Source of the DNA: Patescibacteria group bacterium
GTDB lineage: Bacteria > Patescibacteriota > JABMPQ01 > JAQVVF01
DNA length: 64,000 nucleotides
Reading direction: 5' to 3'
Assembly: GCA_028699085.1 (NCBI GenBank)
Contig: JAQVVF010000004.1
Coordinates: 2,143 to 66,142 of the forward strand
Part shown: positions 20,859 to 29,834 of the stretch, one piece after another
How positions within the stretch are numbered: the first letter of the stretch is position 1
How the letters are laid out: every line of letters starts with the position of its first letter
Position numbers and translations under genes: made by a program
Notes under the pieces: generated by a model
The model's database searches: none
Told to the model about the DNA's origin: nothing
Seen by the model: only the letters and a program-made list of their open reading frames with translations

Positions 20859-21296
20859 ATGCAAAAAATCAAAGTTTTTTTTATAAACAACAAAGATAAA
20901 ATTTTTTTGACTATTTGTGCAATACTAATTGCAACATGTAGCTTTGCTGCTGGTAAAATTTCTGTTGATAAAAAAACACCTCCGATTGAAATTAAAGAAA
21001 ATACATCAAAACAGCAAACAATAGAACCAGAAAATAAACAAATCCAACAAAACATAAATATTGCAGATACAACGCAACAACAGCCAAAACAAATACAAAA
21101 TAAACCTGAAAAATTAAAAGAAACAACAAAAAATACAAAAGATAATTGCGAATATGTTGCAAGCTCCAAAGGGCATAAGTATTATGAAGCAGACTCTTCA
21201 TCAGCAAAAAGTTTAAGTGAAAAAAACAAGATTTGCTTTCCAAACGAAAAGGAAGCTATGAAAGCAGGCTATGAACCAAGTGCCAGCATAAAATAA
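20859..21296 (+). CDS. Secreted low-complexity protein with C-terminal Ada-like (sunset-type) metal-binding-like motif
   Basis: Signal/anchor sequence, then a Q/K/E-rich linker. The C-terminus KGHKYYEADSSSAKSLSEKNKICFPNEKEAMKAGYEPS resembles the Ada Zn-binding/sunset pattern (K.YH...C...N..F.S..EA..AGY.P). Confidence 0.35.
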   Translation: MQKIKVFFINNKDKIFLTICAILIATCSFAAGKISVDKKTPPIEIKENTSKQQTIEPENKQIQQNINIADTTQQQPKQIQNKPEKLKETTKNTKDNCEYVASSKGHKYYEADSSSAKSLSEKNKICFPNEKEAMKAGYEPSASIK

Positions 21297-21300
21297 TAAC

Positions 21301-21330
21301 TTTACAAATCAAGCAAATTTATGCTATATT
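21301..21330 (+). promoter_or_regulatory. Candidate promoter (TTTACA-18-TATATT) upstream of iscS
   Basis: Hexamers read directly from the sequence. 18-nt spacer. Confidence 0.3.
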
Positions 21331-21367
21331 AGTCATATACAAAATTTTAATCTAAATTTTAAGATAC

Positions 21368-22534
21368 ATGATTTATTTAGACCATGCTGCAACAACGCCC
21401 TTAGATTCAGATGTTCTAAAAGCAATGCAGCCATATTTTAATAAACTTTTTGCCAATTCCGGCTCGATACATTCAGCCGGACAAGAAGCATTAGCAGGAA
21501 TAGACAAGGCTCGACAACAAGTAGCGCATTTTTTGAATTGTGAAACAAACGAGGTTATCTTTACTTCTGGAGCAACAGAAAGCAACAACCTAGCTTTAAC
21601 CGGAATCGTTGATGCATCAGACATCAAAAAACCACATATCATTACATCAAATATTGAACATCCAGCAATACTTGAAGTTGTTAAAAATCTCAAAAATAGG
21701 GGAGTTGAGGTAACAATTTTGCCAGTTGAACATGACGGAATTGTGAACACAAATGTTGTTCAAAAAGAAATTAAAGATAATACTATCTTAATTTCAATTA
21801 TGTATGCCAACAATGAAATTGGAACAGTTCAACCAATCAAAGAAATAGGCGAATTAATAAAAAAAATTAACGAGAAAAGAAAGAATAAAATCTACTTTCA
21901 TACTGATGCAACACAAGCAGCAGGATACTTAAATTGCGATACAAAAAGCTTAAAAACAGATCTTTTATCCTTATCAGGACACAAAATCTATGGACCAAAA
22001 GGCATAGGCGTCTTATTTGTAAAAAAGGGTACAAAGATAAAACCATTTCAATATGGCGGTCATCAAGAATTTAATCTAAGAGCAGGGACACTAAATACTC
22101 CTGGCATTGTAGGAATAGGCGAGGCATTATCGATAGTAAAAAAGAATAGGGACGTGAACAACAAAAGAGTTCAGCATCTTAGAGATAAATTAATTGAAAA
22201 AACACTAAAAGAGATTGAAGGATCACATCTAAATGGATCAAAAACAAAGCGTTTACCAAATAACGCAAACATTAGTTTTGATAAAATTGAAGGTGAAAGC
22301 ATTATGTTAAATCTAGATTTTGAAGGCATCGAAGTATCAACAGGATCAGCTTGTGCTTCTGGCTCATTGAGTCCTTCTTATGTTCTATTAGCTTTAGGTT
22401 TATCTCATTTACAGGCACATGGCAGTATTCGTTTTAGCTTTGGCAAAGAAAACACAATAGAAGACGTCAATAAAACAGTAGAAGCTCTTAAAAAAATCAT
22501 TAAAAGATTAAGACTAATCTCTCCAATCAAATAG
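21368..22534 (+). CDS. iscS: Cysteine desulfurase (IscS/NifS class)
   Basis: MIYLDHAATTP start. PLP-lysine region SLSGHKIYGPKGIG. Catalytic SxGSACxSG loop (STGSACASGS). Confidence 0.9.
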   Translation: MIYLDHAATTPLDSDVLKAMQPYFNKLFANSGSIHSAGQEALAGIDKARQQVAHFLNCETNEVIFTSGATESNNLALTGIVDASDIKKPHIITSNIEHPAILEVVKNLKNRGVEVTILPVEHDGIVNTNVVQKEIKDNTILISIMYANNEIGTVQPIKEIGELIKKINEKRKNKIYFHTDATQAAGYLNCDTKSLKTDLLSLSGHKIYGPKGIGVLFVKKGTKIKPFQYGGHQEFNLRAGTLNTPGIVGIGEALSIVKKNRDVNNKRVQHLRDKLIEKTLKEIEGSHLNGSKTKRLPNNANISFDKIEGESIMLNLDFEGIEVSTGSACASGSLSPSYVLLALGLSHLQAHGSIRFSFGKENTIEDVNKTVEALKKIIKRLRLISPIK

Positions 22535-22575
22535 ACAATTTAAAACTTTTATCTTTACATTTTAATTTTAAAAAT

Positions 22576-22947
22576 ATGCAATATTCAAATAAAGTAATAG
22601 GTCATTTTAAAAATCCTCACAATATGGGTGCAATAGAAAATCCAGATGGCCTTGGTCAGGTAGGTAACCCAGTCTGTGGGGATATGATGAAGCTTTACAT
22701 AAAAGTAAAAGATAATAAAATAGAAAATATAAAGTTCCAAACTTTGGGTTGTGCTGCAGCAATAGCTACATCCTCAATGATTACCGATCTTGCAAAAGGA
22801 AAAACATTAGAACAAGCAGAAAAAATATCAAGAAGTGACGTTTCAGATGCATTAGGAAAATTGCCCCCAATAAAAGAGCATTGTTCAAATCTAGCTGCAG
22901 ATGCCTTACACAGAGCTATTCAAGATTATAAAAAAAGAAACAAATAA
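22576..22947 (+). CDS. iscU: Fe-S cluster assembly scaffold NifU/IscU
   Basis: Conserved Cys residues in GNPVCGD, LGCAAAIATSSM and EHCSNLA. Confidence 0.85.
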   Translation: MQYSNKVIGHFKNPHNMGAIENPDGLGQVGNPVCGDMMKLYIKVKDNKIENIKFQTLGCAAAIATSSMITDLAKGKTLEQAEKISRSDVSDALGKLPPIKEHCSNLAADALHRAIQDYKKRNK

Positions 22948-22976
22948 TTCCTATATATTAGCTATCAGTTGTCAGA

Positions 22977-24437
22977 ATGTTAAAAACAAACAAAAAAAAC
23001 ATATTTTCAAGAATATTTTATTTTAAAATCAATAAAAGCGCTTTTTGCATTCTTACTTTGTTTTTTTTAATTGCTTTAGGATTTATCTTTGCTATAGCTT
23101 ATCAAGACCTCTATCAAATTTATGAAGTTTATACAATTAGAAATAATAATAGTACTGAACTTGTTCAACCAAACGAAAAAATTAAAATAAAATATAATAT
23201 TCCAATTTCCGAAAAAAAAGCCCAATCTTCATTTTCTATTTATCCTCAAATCAAAGGAAAAATCACCTGGGAAAGAAACTACCTTTTTGGCTACTCAAAA
23301 GTTTTAGTTTTTGCACCAGAAAAATATTTTGATGAAAACCAAAATTATTCCATCAAAATAGGGGATGTTGAAAGCATCTTTGGCACTAAAATTGGAAATC
23401 GTATCTATACTTTTTCTACAGTCAAGCCATTTAAAATCGTTGATACTTATCCAAAGAATGATCAAAAAGACATCAATGTTAATCCAGAAATAAAAGTCAC
23501 AGTTGATGGAATTGGCGATGCATTTGATTTTAATTTTAAACTTGAACCCTCAACAGAGCTCAAGGTTAAAGACAAGATTGAAGAAAATGGTCAAACAACT
23601 TATATTATTGATCCAGTTACTCAACTAGGACAGGGGATTGATTACACTTTTACAGTAAAACAAACCTATACACCAAACAAGAAAGCAGTAGACACAAAAA
23701 CCTTTCATTTTACGACACTATCACCAGTAGAAATTTCAAAAGTATTGCCAGAAGATAATGACCAAAATGTCCATGTCAAAAGAAAAGTATCTCTAGCTTT
23801 CAATAAGCCTGTCGATCATCAACAAGTAGAGAATAATTTTTCTTTGATGCCAGAAACAAAAGGGAATATTGGGTGGAAGGAAAACACCATGACCTTTACT
23901 CCAGAAGATAAATTTGCCAAAAATACCGAATATAAGATAAAAGTAATAGGCAATATCAAAAGCACACAAGATGAATCTTTCTTAGAAGGCGATAAAGAAT
24001 ACACATTCAAGACTAGAGATACTGATCAATATCCGCCGCAGCCAACTTGGGAACCAAAATATAAAGAAGGTAAATACATTCATGTTAATTTAGGTACTCA
24101 AACCCTTTATGCTTACGATAATGGGGAATTGATTGATTCATTTTTAATCTCTTCCGGCGTCTCAGCTTTCCCAACTCCAACAGGTGATTTCAAGGTTACT
24201 AGCAAAGTTCGATCAGCCAGAATGTCCCATACCTACGGTCCTGGCAATCCTAATAATTATGATCTACCTGGTGTCCCTTTTGTTTTAGCCTTTAATGGAC
24301 CTTATACAATTCATGGAACATATTGGCATAGTAATTTCGGCACACCAATGAGTCATGGCTGTGTGAACATGTATACGCCTGATGCAGAATGGGTCTATAA
24401 TTGGGCGCCAATTGATACGCCAGTTGTAATAGAATAG
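22977..24437 (+). CDS. L,D-transpeptidase (YkuD domain) with N-terminal TM anchor and Ig-like repeats
   Basis: C-terminal catalytic region IHGTYWHSNFGTPMSHGCVNM (His/Cys dyad of YkuD). Confidence 0.8.
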   Translation: MLKTNKKNIFSRIFYFKINKSAFCILTLFFLIALGFIFAIAYQDLYQIYEVYTIRNNNSTELVQPNEKIKIKYNIPISEKKAQSSFSIYPQIKGKITWERNYLFGYSKVLVFAPEKYFDENQNYSIKIGDVESIFGTKIGNRIYTFSTVKPFKIVDTYPKNDQKDINVNPEIKVTVDGIGDAFDFNFKLEPSTELKVKDKIEENGQTTYIIDPVTQLGQGIDYTFTVKQTYTPNKKAVDTKTFHFTTLSPVEISKVLPEDNDQNVHVKRKVSLAFNKPVDHQQVENNFSLMPETKGNIGWKENTMTFTPEDKFAKNTEYKIKVIGNIKSTQDESFLEGDKEYTFKTRDTDQYPPQPTWEPKYKEGKYIHVNLGTQTLYAYDNGELIDSFLISSGVSAFPTPTGDFKVTSKVRSARMSHTYGPGNPNNYDLPGVPFVLAFNGPYTIHGTYWHSNFGTPMSHGCVNMYTPDAEWVYNWAPIDTPVVIE

Positions 24438-24455
24438 AGAATCATAAAAAATTTT

Positions 24456-24485
24456 AAAACGCTAGAAACAATCTAGCGTTTTTTG
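24456..24485 (+). terminator. Rho-independent terminator after the L,D-transpeptidase gene
   Basis: AACGCTAG-aaacaat-CTAGCGTT followed by TTTT. Confidence 0.6.
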
Positions 24486-24515
24486 ATCATAAAAAAAGGA
24501 CCTAAAATAGATCCC

Positions 24516-24770
24516 TTACTCCTTTCTTGACCAAAGACCAATCACAACGATCTTGTGAAAAACACCATCTTTATCCATATAGCCAGGAACGTTACCATCA
24601 GCCCTAAGTTTATCAATCTCATCAAGTAATTCCAAAGCAATTTCAACCAAACTACTGATTGTATTACGATTAACACGAAGCATCAGCCTCTTTATCCAAG
24701 CATGCGCATCAACAGTGAAATCGATTGTTGTACGTATTTTTTTCTGCACTGGTTTTTTCATTCGAGACAT
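24516..24770 (-). CDS. Small ribbon-helix-helix-like protein (paralog A)
   Basis: KKIRTTIDFTVDAHAWIKRL beta-strand plus helix pattern. Strong SD AAGGAGG upstream. Paralogous to the adjacent ORF: shared ..SSL.E.AL...D.LDK....G.P.GY.D..G.F motif. Confidence 0.4.
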   Translation of the reverse strand: MSRMKKPVQKKIRTTIDFTVDAHAWIKRLMLRVNRNTISSLVEIALELLDEIDKLRADGNVPGYMDKDGVFHKIVVIGLWSRKE

Positions 24771-24783
24771 ATCTTTCCTCCTT

Positions 24784-25083
24784 TCAAGGAATGATTATCA
24801 TCAGCTCCTTAAAACTCCCATTGTCATCGCAGTAACCTAATGGCTTACCAGATAATTTTGCTTTATCAAGTGCATCAAATACGGCTAGAGCAACCTGTAT
24901 TGTTTCTGTTAAAGAACTATAACCTCTACGCCTCTGCAAACCAAGCAATAATTCCATATTAGAAATCGGTAATGCCAAATTTAATCTCGTAGTCTCAAAA
25001 GTTTTTTTCAGGCCTCGGCATCTTCTTCCTCCTTGTACAGGTAAACAGCTAATTAGTATAATAAAATATTGACAAGGCGTCAA
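24784..25083 (-). CDS. Small ribbon-helix-helix-like protein (paralog B), start codon uncertain
   Basis: KKTFETTRLNLALPISNMELLLGL...SSLTETIQVALAVFDALDKAKLSGKPLGYCDDNGSF aligns with paralog A. The N-terminal 25 aa of the track ORF are probably not translated. An SD GGAGGA lies internal, with an in-frame CTG and an out-of-frame ATG next to it. Confidence 0.3.
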   Translation of the reverse strand: MTPCQYFIILISCLPVQGGRRCRGLKKTFETTRLNLALPISNMELLLGLQRRRGYSSLTETIQVALAVFDALDKAKLSGKPLGYCDDNGSFKELMIIIP

Positions 25084-25694
25084 GAGAGGACAGGGAAGCA
25101 GTATTTAATTAATTATTTATACTAATTAATTAAGAGAATATAGAATAGTTTGTTAAACCTAAGACAGGATATACCTAAGAGTTACCGAATTATTTATGAA
25201 ATTAATTAAATAAATAGCATAAAAGATTAAATAAAATTTGTTTAAAGTTTGTCATTTTAGAAGAAAGCGCAGAGAGACATCACGTCGCACAATATATCTT
25301 TTACGACGTCTTTACTATAGAGACGACTCCCCTGGACATATTTTATTTTTTTAATTAATTATTATTATATCGTATTTAATAATTAATTATTAAATAATCT
25401 AAACTAACAAACAACCACACTACATTCTTATCACCTGCCTACTCATTTAATTATTTCTATTAATTAAATAAAATAATTAAATCTAACCCTCTGGCTAGAT
25501 CTATACAAACTAAAAATCTCTCCCACCCGTTATTTCCAAAAAAAGAGAGTAGTGTTATAAATAGTTTTTTAATAATTCTTAAATTTTTAACAAAAAACCA
25601 GGTAAATTAATACCTGGTTAGATATATAAAACGCTAGAATCGCCAAATTTTAACAAATTCCTTGCCCGCCGAAGCTTTAGCGAAAACGGATTGA
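25084..25694. repeat. Long (about 610 bp) noncoding region with iterated TAATTAATTATT motifs and a GC-rich core carrying an inverted repeat
   Basis: Exact 12-mer TAATTAATTATT at about 25106, 25352 and 25380, plus related TTAATTAA copies at about 25122 and 25460. Core 25261-25340 is GC-rich with ACGTCG...CGACGT inverted 16 nt apart. No ORF. This is unusual in an otherwise tightly packed window. Confidence 0.5.
25590..25620 (-). terminator. Rho-independent terminator downstream of the M23 peptidase gene (minus strand)
   Basis: AACCAGGTA-aattaa-TACCTGGTT: a 9-bp perfect stem. On the minus strand it is followed by a TTTTTTG run. Confidence 0.6.
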
Positions 25695-26891
25695 TTATTT
25701 CAAATATTTCATCGGATCAACTGGATTACCATTAATACGAACTTCAAAATGCAAATGTGGACCAGTTGTCATCCAACCCGCACCACGTGTTCCAGGCATA
25801 CCACCAGAAAGACCAATAACATCACCACGTTTTACATTAGATCCTTCAGCGACATAACATGCAGAAGCATGCCCAAAGACAGTCGAGAGTCCATTGCCAT
25901 GATAGAGAAGAATATAGCTATACCCTAGCCCAGCATCACTGTATTTTGCGACATATCCATCAGCAGGTGCATGCATCGGAGTGCCTTGTGGCGCAGGAAT
26001 ATCAATTGCATAATGCTGAATTCCCCAAAAAGAATAATAGCTAGAATCCATAAAATAAGCACTAATTCCTTGCACTGGATTTATCGGCCAACCTAGTTCA
26101 GCTCCACCAACATCTTGCCAGTTATCTTGAGTCGGATTATCTTGTTGCTGATTTCTAATTTGCTGTTCAATAGCATATATTTCATTATTTGCAGCATCTT
26201 GTTCCTCTTTCGCTTTCACCAATAACGCCTGAAACTCTTCTTCTTTATCTTCTGTTTGAGCCAACAGATTTTCTTTTCCCTCTTTTCTTCCACTTAATTC
26301 TTCTTTTTCAAAACTTAATTGATCATCCAGATTAGCTAAATCTTTGGCTTTAGAATCTAAATCCTTTTTATTGCTTTCCATTTCAACTTTAATTTTTTGA
26401 ACCTGATCTAATGTTTTCTGACCCTTATTTTCTAATGTTTCTAAATTATCTAACTGATCCAAAAATTGCGAAAAAGAATTATAGCCGAACAAAATCTCAA
26501 TTGGACTGACTTGATCATACTCATAAATCAATCTGATATACTCGCCTAATACTAATTTCTGTTTTGCAATTTCTTTCTTTTTCAAATCTATTTCAGATCT
26601 TAATTTCTCGATCTCTAAATTAGTTCTTTGAATTTCTGCCTGTGTCTTTTGTATTTGTGCCTTTGTCTTATCAATTTCCGTATCAATAATTGTAATTTGA
26701 TTTTTCAATGTAACTTGTTCGCTTTGTTTTTGATTTATTTCCTGCTCCAACTGTTGAATTTTATCTTCAATCTGCTGGATATCATTCTTTTTGGAATCTA
26801 GCTGAGAATTCAAATCAGCAGCAAAAACTTTGTAGCCAAAAGAAAATACTAATATTATCGCTAATGATAATGAAAATATTTTTTTAAACAT
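25695..26891 (-). CDS. Secreted coiled-coil M23 family metallopeptidase (EnvC/NlpD-like murein hydrolase or activator)
   Basis: Signal peptide and long coiled-coil. C-terminal M23 motifs HAPADGYV...GPHLHFEV. Confidence 0.8.
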   Translation of the reverse strand: MFKKIFSLSLAIILVFSFGYKVFAADLNSQLDSKKNDIQQIEDKIQQLEQEINQKQSEQVTLKNQITIIDTEIDKTKAQIQKTQAEIQRTNLEIEKLRSEIDLKKKEIAKQKLVLGEYIRLIYEYDQVSPIEILFGYNSFSQFLDQLDNLETLENKGQKTLDQVQKIKVEMESNKKDLDSKAKDLANLDDQLSFEKEELSGRKEGKENLLAQTEDKEEEFQALLVKAKEEQDAANNEIYAIEQQIRNQQQDNPTQDNWQDVGGAELGWPINPVQGISAYFMDSSYYSFWGIQHYAIDIPAPQGTPMHAPADGYVAKYSDAGLGYSYILLYHGNGLSTVFGHASACYVAEGSNVKRGDVIGLSGGMPGTRGAGWMTTGPHLHFEVRINGNPVDPMKYLK

Positions 26892-26915
26892 AGTTTTATT
26901 TTATTTTAAAATCTA

Positions 26916-28397
26916 TTATTTTAACAAATTTAAAGCCTGATCAAGACGTTTTAGAACTTCGTTTTTTCCTAGAACAAAAGCTACTTCAAAAGGCGATGGA
27001 GACTTCTTTTCTCCTGTCAAACAAGCTCTTAATGGCCATAGTAGCTCTCCCCTCTTGTCTTTTGCAATTTTAAGCAAAATCTTTTCAATACTATCTTTTG
27101 TCCAATCTTGTTCAGAAATATTACTTAATGCATCTTTAGACATGTTTAAAGACGTCTTTAATTCATCATAAGTCATTTTCTTCCACAACAATAATTCTTT
27201 TTCATAATTTATTTCCATAAAAAAGAATTTATTATTTTCACCAACTTCTGACAAATTATTTAATCTTTCTTTCTCAATTCCTAATACTTTTTTTAAATAT
27301 TCTTCAGTTTTTTGTTCAGTTTTCGCATTTTTATAAAAATCTTTTTGTTCAAAATAAGGCAAAGCTAATTTGTATAATTTGTCAGCAGACAAATTCTTAA
27401 TGTAATGGCTATTTATCCAATCTAGTTTTTTTAAATCAAATATTGCACCTGATTTATGAACCTTTTTTAAATCAAATTTCTCAACCAGTTGATCTAAATT
27501 AAAAAACTCTTCTTCACTCCCCTGCCCTGGATTCCAACCTAAAAAAGCTACAAAATTAATAATTGCATCTCTTAAATAACCCTTTTTAATATAATCTTCT
27601 ACTGAAACATCGCCTTGTCTTTTTGATAATTTTGTTCGATCAGGATTCAAAAGCAATGGCAAATGCGCAAAAAAAGGAACTTGCCAATCAAAATTATTAT
27701 ACAACTGAATATATTTGGGAGTACTAGAAATATACTCCTCGCCACGAATTACATGAGTAATCTCCATTAAATGATCATCAATAACATTTGCAAAATTATA
27801 AGTCGGATATCCATCAGATTTTAATAGAATCTGATCATCAAGCATATCATTTTTAATACTTATTTTACCTCTAATAAGGTCATTATATTCCGTAAAACCT
27901 GCGATTTCTATTTTTTGTCTAATTACAAATTTTTCATGATTTACTATTTTTTTATCTATTTCTTCTTTGGATAAATTTAAACATCTGCGATCATACATTG
28001 GTGCTCTGCCACTTTCAATTTGTTGTTTTCTCATCTCTTCTAATCTTTCTTCAGTACAAAAACAATAATATGCTTTTTCTTTTTTTACTAATTCCAAAGC
28101 ATGCTTTTTATAAATATCTAAACGTTCAGATTGAATATATGGACCAAAATCTCCTTTTTGAATTATATCGTTATTTTCAATAAAGACACCTTCGTCATAA
28201 TTTAAACCCGCCCAATTCAAAGTTATTATTAAATTATTTAAAGCACCCTCAACATATCTCTTTTTATCAGTGTCTTCAATTCTCAATACAAACTTTCCCT
28301 TATTTTGCTTAGCAAAAATATAGGCATACAATGCCGATCTAAAATTGCCAATATGCATATATCCAGTTGGTGATGGCGCAAATCTAGTTCTGACCAT
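26916..28397 (-). CDS. gltX: Glutamyl-tRNA synthetase
   Basis: RFAPSPTGYMHIGN (HIGH motif) and KLSKRQG (KMSKS motif). Confidence 0.9.
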   Translation of the reverse strand: MVRTRFAPSPTGYMHIGNFRSALYAYIFAKQNKGKFVLRIEDTDKKRYVEGALNNLIITLNWAGLNYDEGVFIENNDIIQKGDFGPYIQSERLDIYKKHALELVKKEKAYYCFCTEERLEEMRKQQIESGRAPMYDRRCLNLSKEEIDKKIVNHEKFVIRQKIEIAGFTEYNDLIRGKISIKNDMLDDQILLKSDGYPTYNFANVIDDHLMEITHVIRGEEYISSTPKYIQLYNNFDWQVPFFAHLPLLLNPDRTKLSKRQGDVSVEDYIKKGYLRDAIINFVAFLGWNPGQGSEEEFFNLDQLVEKFDLKKVHKSGAIFDLKKLDWINSHYIKNLSADKLYKLALPYFEQKDFYKNAKTEQKTEEYLKKVLGIEKERLNNLSEVGENNKFFFMEINYEKELLLWKKMTYDELKTSLNMSKDALSNISEQDWTKDSIEKILLKIAKDKRGELLWPLRACLTGEKKSPSPFEVAFVLGKNEVLKRLDQALNLLK

Positions 28398-29232
28398 AAT
28401 TATTCATTTTATATTTATAAACCTGTCTAACAAATCTAAATGTTGCAGTGATTATTCTGCCAATTCTTTGCGGTTGCAAAATTACCCGCCACAACCATTC
28501 TAAACCAATTTTCTGAAAAAATCTAGGGGCTCTTTTCGCTTTTCCTGCAATAAAATCAAATGATCCGCCGACACCCATTGCTAATTTTATCATTGATAAA
28601 TTTGGCAAGTTTCTAACAATCCATTTTTCCTGCTTAACTTGTCCAAAAGCTACAAATACAACATCTGCCTGAGACTTATTTATTAATTCCTGGATAACAT
28701 AATCATCGGCTTCTTGGTATAATCCTTCATAGACTCCGGCGATCTCTAAATTAGGGTAAACAGCTTTCATTTCTTTTGCTGTCTTCTCCCCTACTTTATC
28801 GTAACCACCCAAAAAAAAGATAGAACAATTATTTTGTTCAGACAATTTTGCGATATTCCACATTAAATCAACACCACTTATTCTCTCCGATAAAACAGTT
28901 CTACAAAATTTAGGATAAAAAATTAAACTAAGTCCACCTATAATTATTCTAAAATTTTCATTTATCCTAAGTAAAAATCTATTTTTCAAGTTCGATTTCC
29001 AACTCAGATATTTTGCTGCCCAAAGCATTCCGATACCATCAGGTATAGCTATACTAGAATTATTTAGTATCTGCTTAAAATCATCATCTTTTAAAGCTGC
29101 CATTACAAATTCAGGATTAACAGTTGAAATATATTTTTTATTATTCTCAAACAAAAATTTTTCAATCTGATGCTGAACTTGATTGATGGTTAGCTTGCTA
29201 ATTTTAACTCCTAAAATATCTACTTTTTCCAT
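28384..29232 (-). CDS. WecB/TagA/CpsF-family glycosyltransferase
   Basis: TagA-type N-terminus (VDILGVKIS...STVNPEF...IPDGIG) and C-terminal GVGGSFDFIAG...WRV. Confidence 0.8.
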   Translation of the reverse strand: MEKVDILGVKISKLTINQVQHQIEKFLFENNKKYISTVNPEFVMAALKDDDFKQILNNSSIAIPDGIGMLWAAKYLSWKSNLKNRFLLRINENFRIIIGGLSLIFYPKFCRTVLSERISGVDLMWNIAKLSEQNNCSIFFLGGYDKVGEKTAKEMKAVYPNLEIAGVYEGLYQEADDYVIQELINKSQADVVFVAFGQVKQEKWIVRNLPNLSMIKLAMGVGGSFDFIAGKAKRAPRFFQKIGLEWLWRVILQPQRIGRIITATFRFVRQVYKYKMNNYGQN

Positions 29233-29834
29233 AACTTATATTTTTCTAAAACTTTATACTCTGATCCTGTTCTCTTCAAAATACTTTGCATTAGATTAAT
29301 TTCAGTAATTATCCAAAATCCAGAAACTTTTCTTTTTTTAATTAAATTAATTTGGCTATTGCTAATTTTATTTATCCTTCCAAAAGTCAAATGCGCTTTG
29401 TATTTTCTTTTTTCTGGCTTAAAAAAAATATACTTACTTAATTCTTCGCCAATCATTTTTTGTAGATCTTCAATCTTATTATTGCTATCGATATTAAATA
29501 CAACTACTCGAGGATTTTTTTCATTCGGAAAAAAATCACAATCAGATAATTCGGCTCGAAAACATTCAAATCTTATTTTCAACAAAACATCTTTAAGTTT
29601 TTCGATTTCTTCATTACCTAAATAACCTAGAAAATACAAAGTTATGTGTAACTTTTTTCTTAGTTCCCATTTAACGCCTTTAAAATCAACAAAATGTTTT
29701 TGCGCTTTAGCTATCTTATCCTTTATGCTTTCAGAAACATTCAGAGAAATAAAAATACGTTTCTTTTTCATAATATAAGTATACCAAATATTTGAAGATT
29801 TACAAAAAAATGCTAAGATTAAAGCAAATGCCAT
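29220..29834 (-). CDS. thpR: RNA 2',3'-cyclic phosphodiesterase (2H phosphoesterase, LigT/ThpR)
   Basis: Two H-x-T-x motifs: HITLYFLG and HLTFGRI. Confidence 0.75.
   Translation of the reverse strand: MAFALILAFFCKSSNIWYTYIMKKKRIFISLNVSESIKDKIAKAQKHFVDFKGVKWELRKKLHITLYFLGYLGNEEIEKLKDVLLKIRFECFRAELSDCDFFPNEKNPRVVVFNIDSNNKIEDLQKMIGEELSKYIFFKPEKRKYKAHLTFGRINKISNSQINLIKKRKVSGFWIITEINLMQSILKRTGSEYKVLEKYKLWKK

Noticed and set aside
25271-25290. 10-mer GAGACATCAC shared between the 25.3-kb GC-rich core and 37296-37305
   Set aside because: Single shared 10-mers are expected by chance many times in 64 kb. There is no extended similarity around them.
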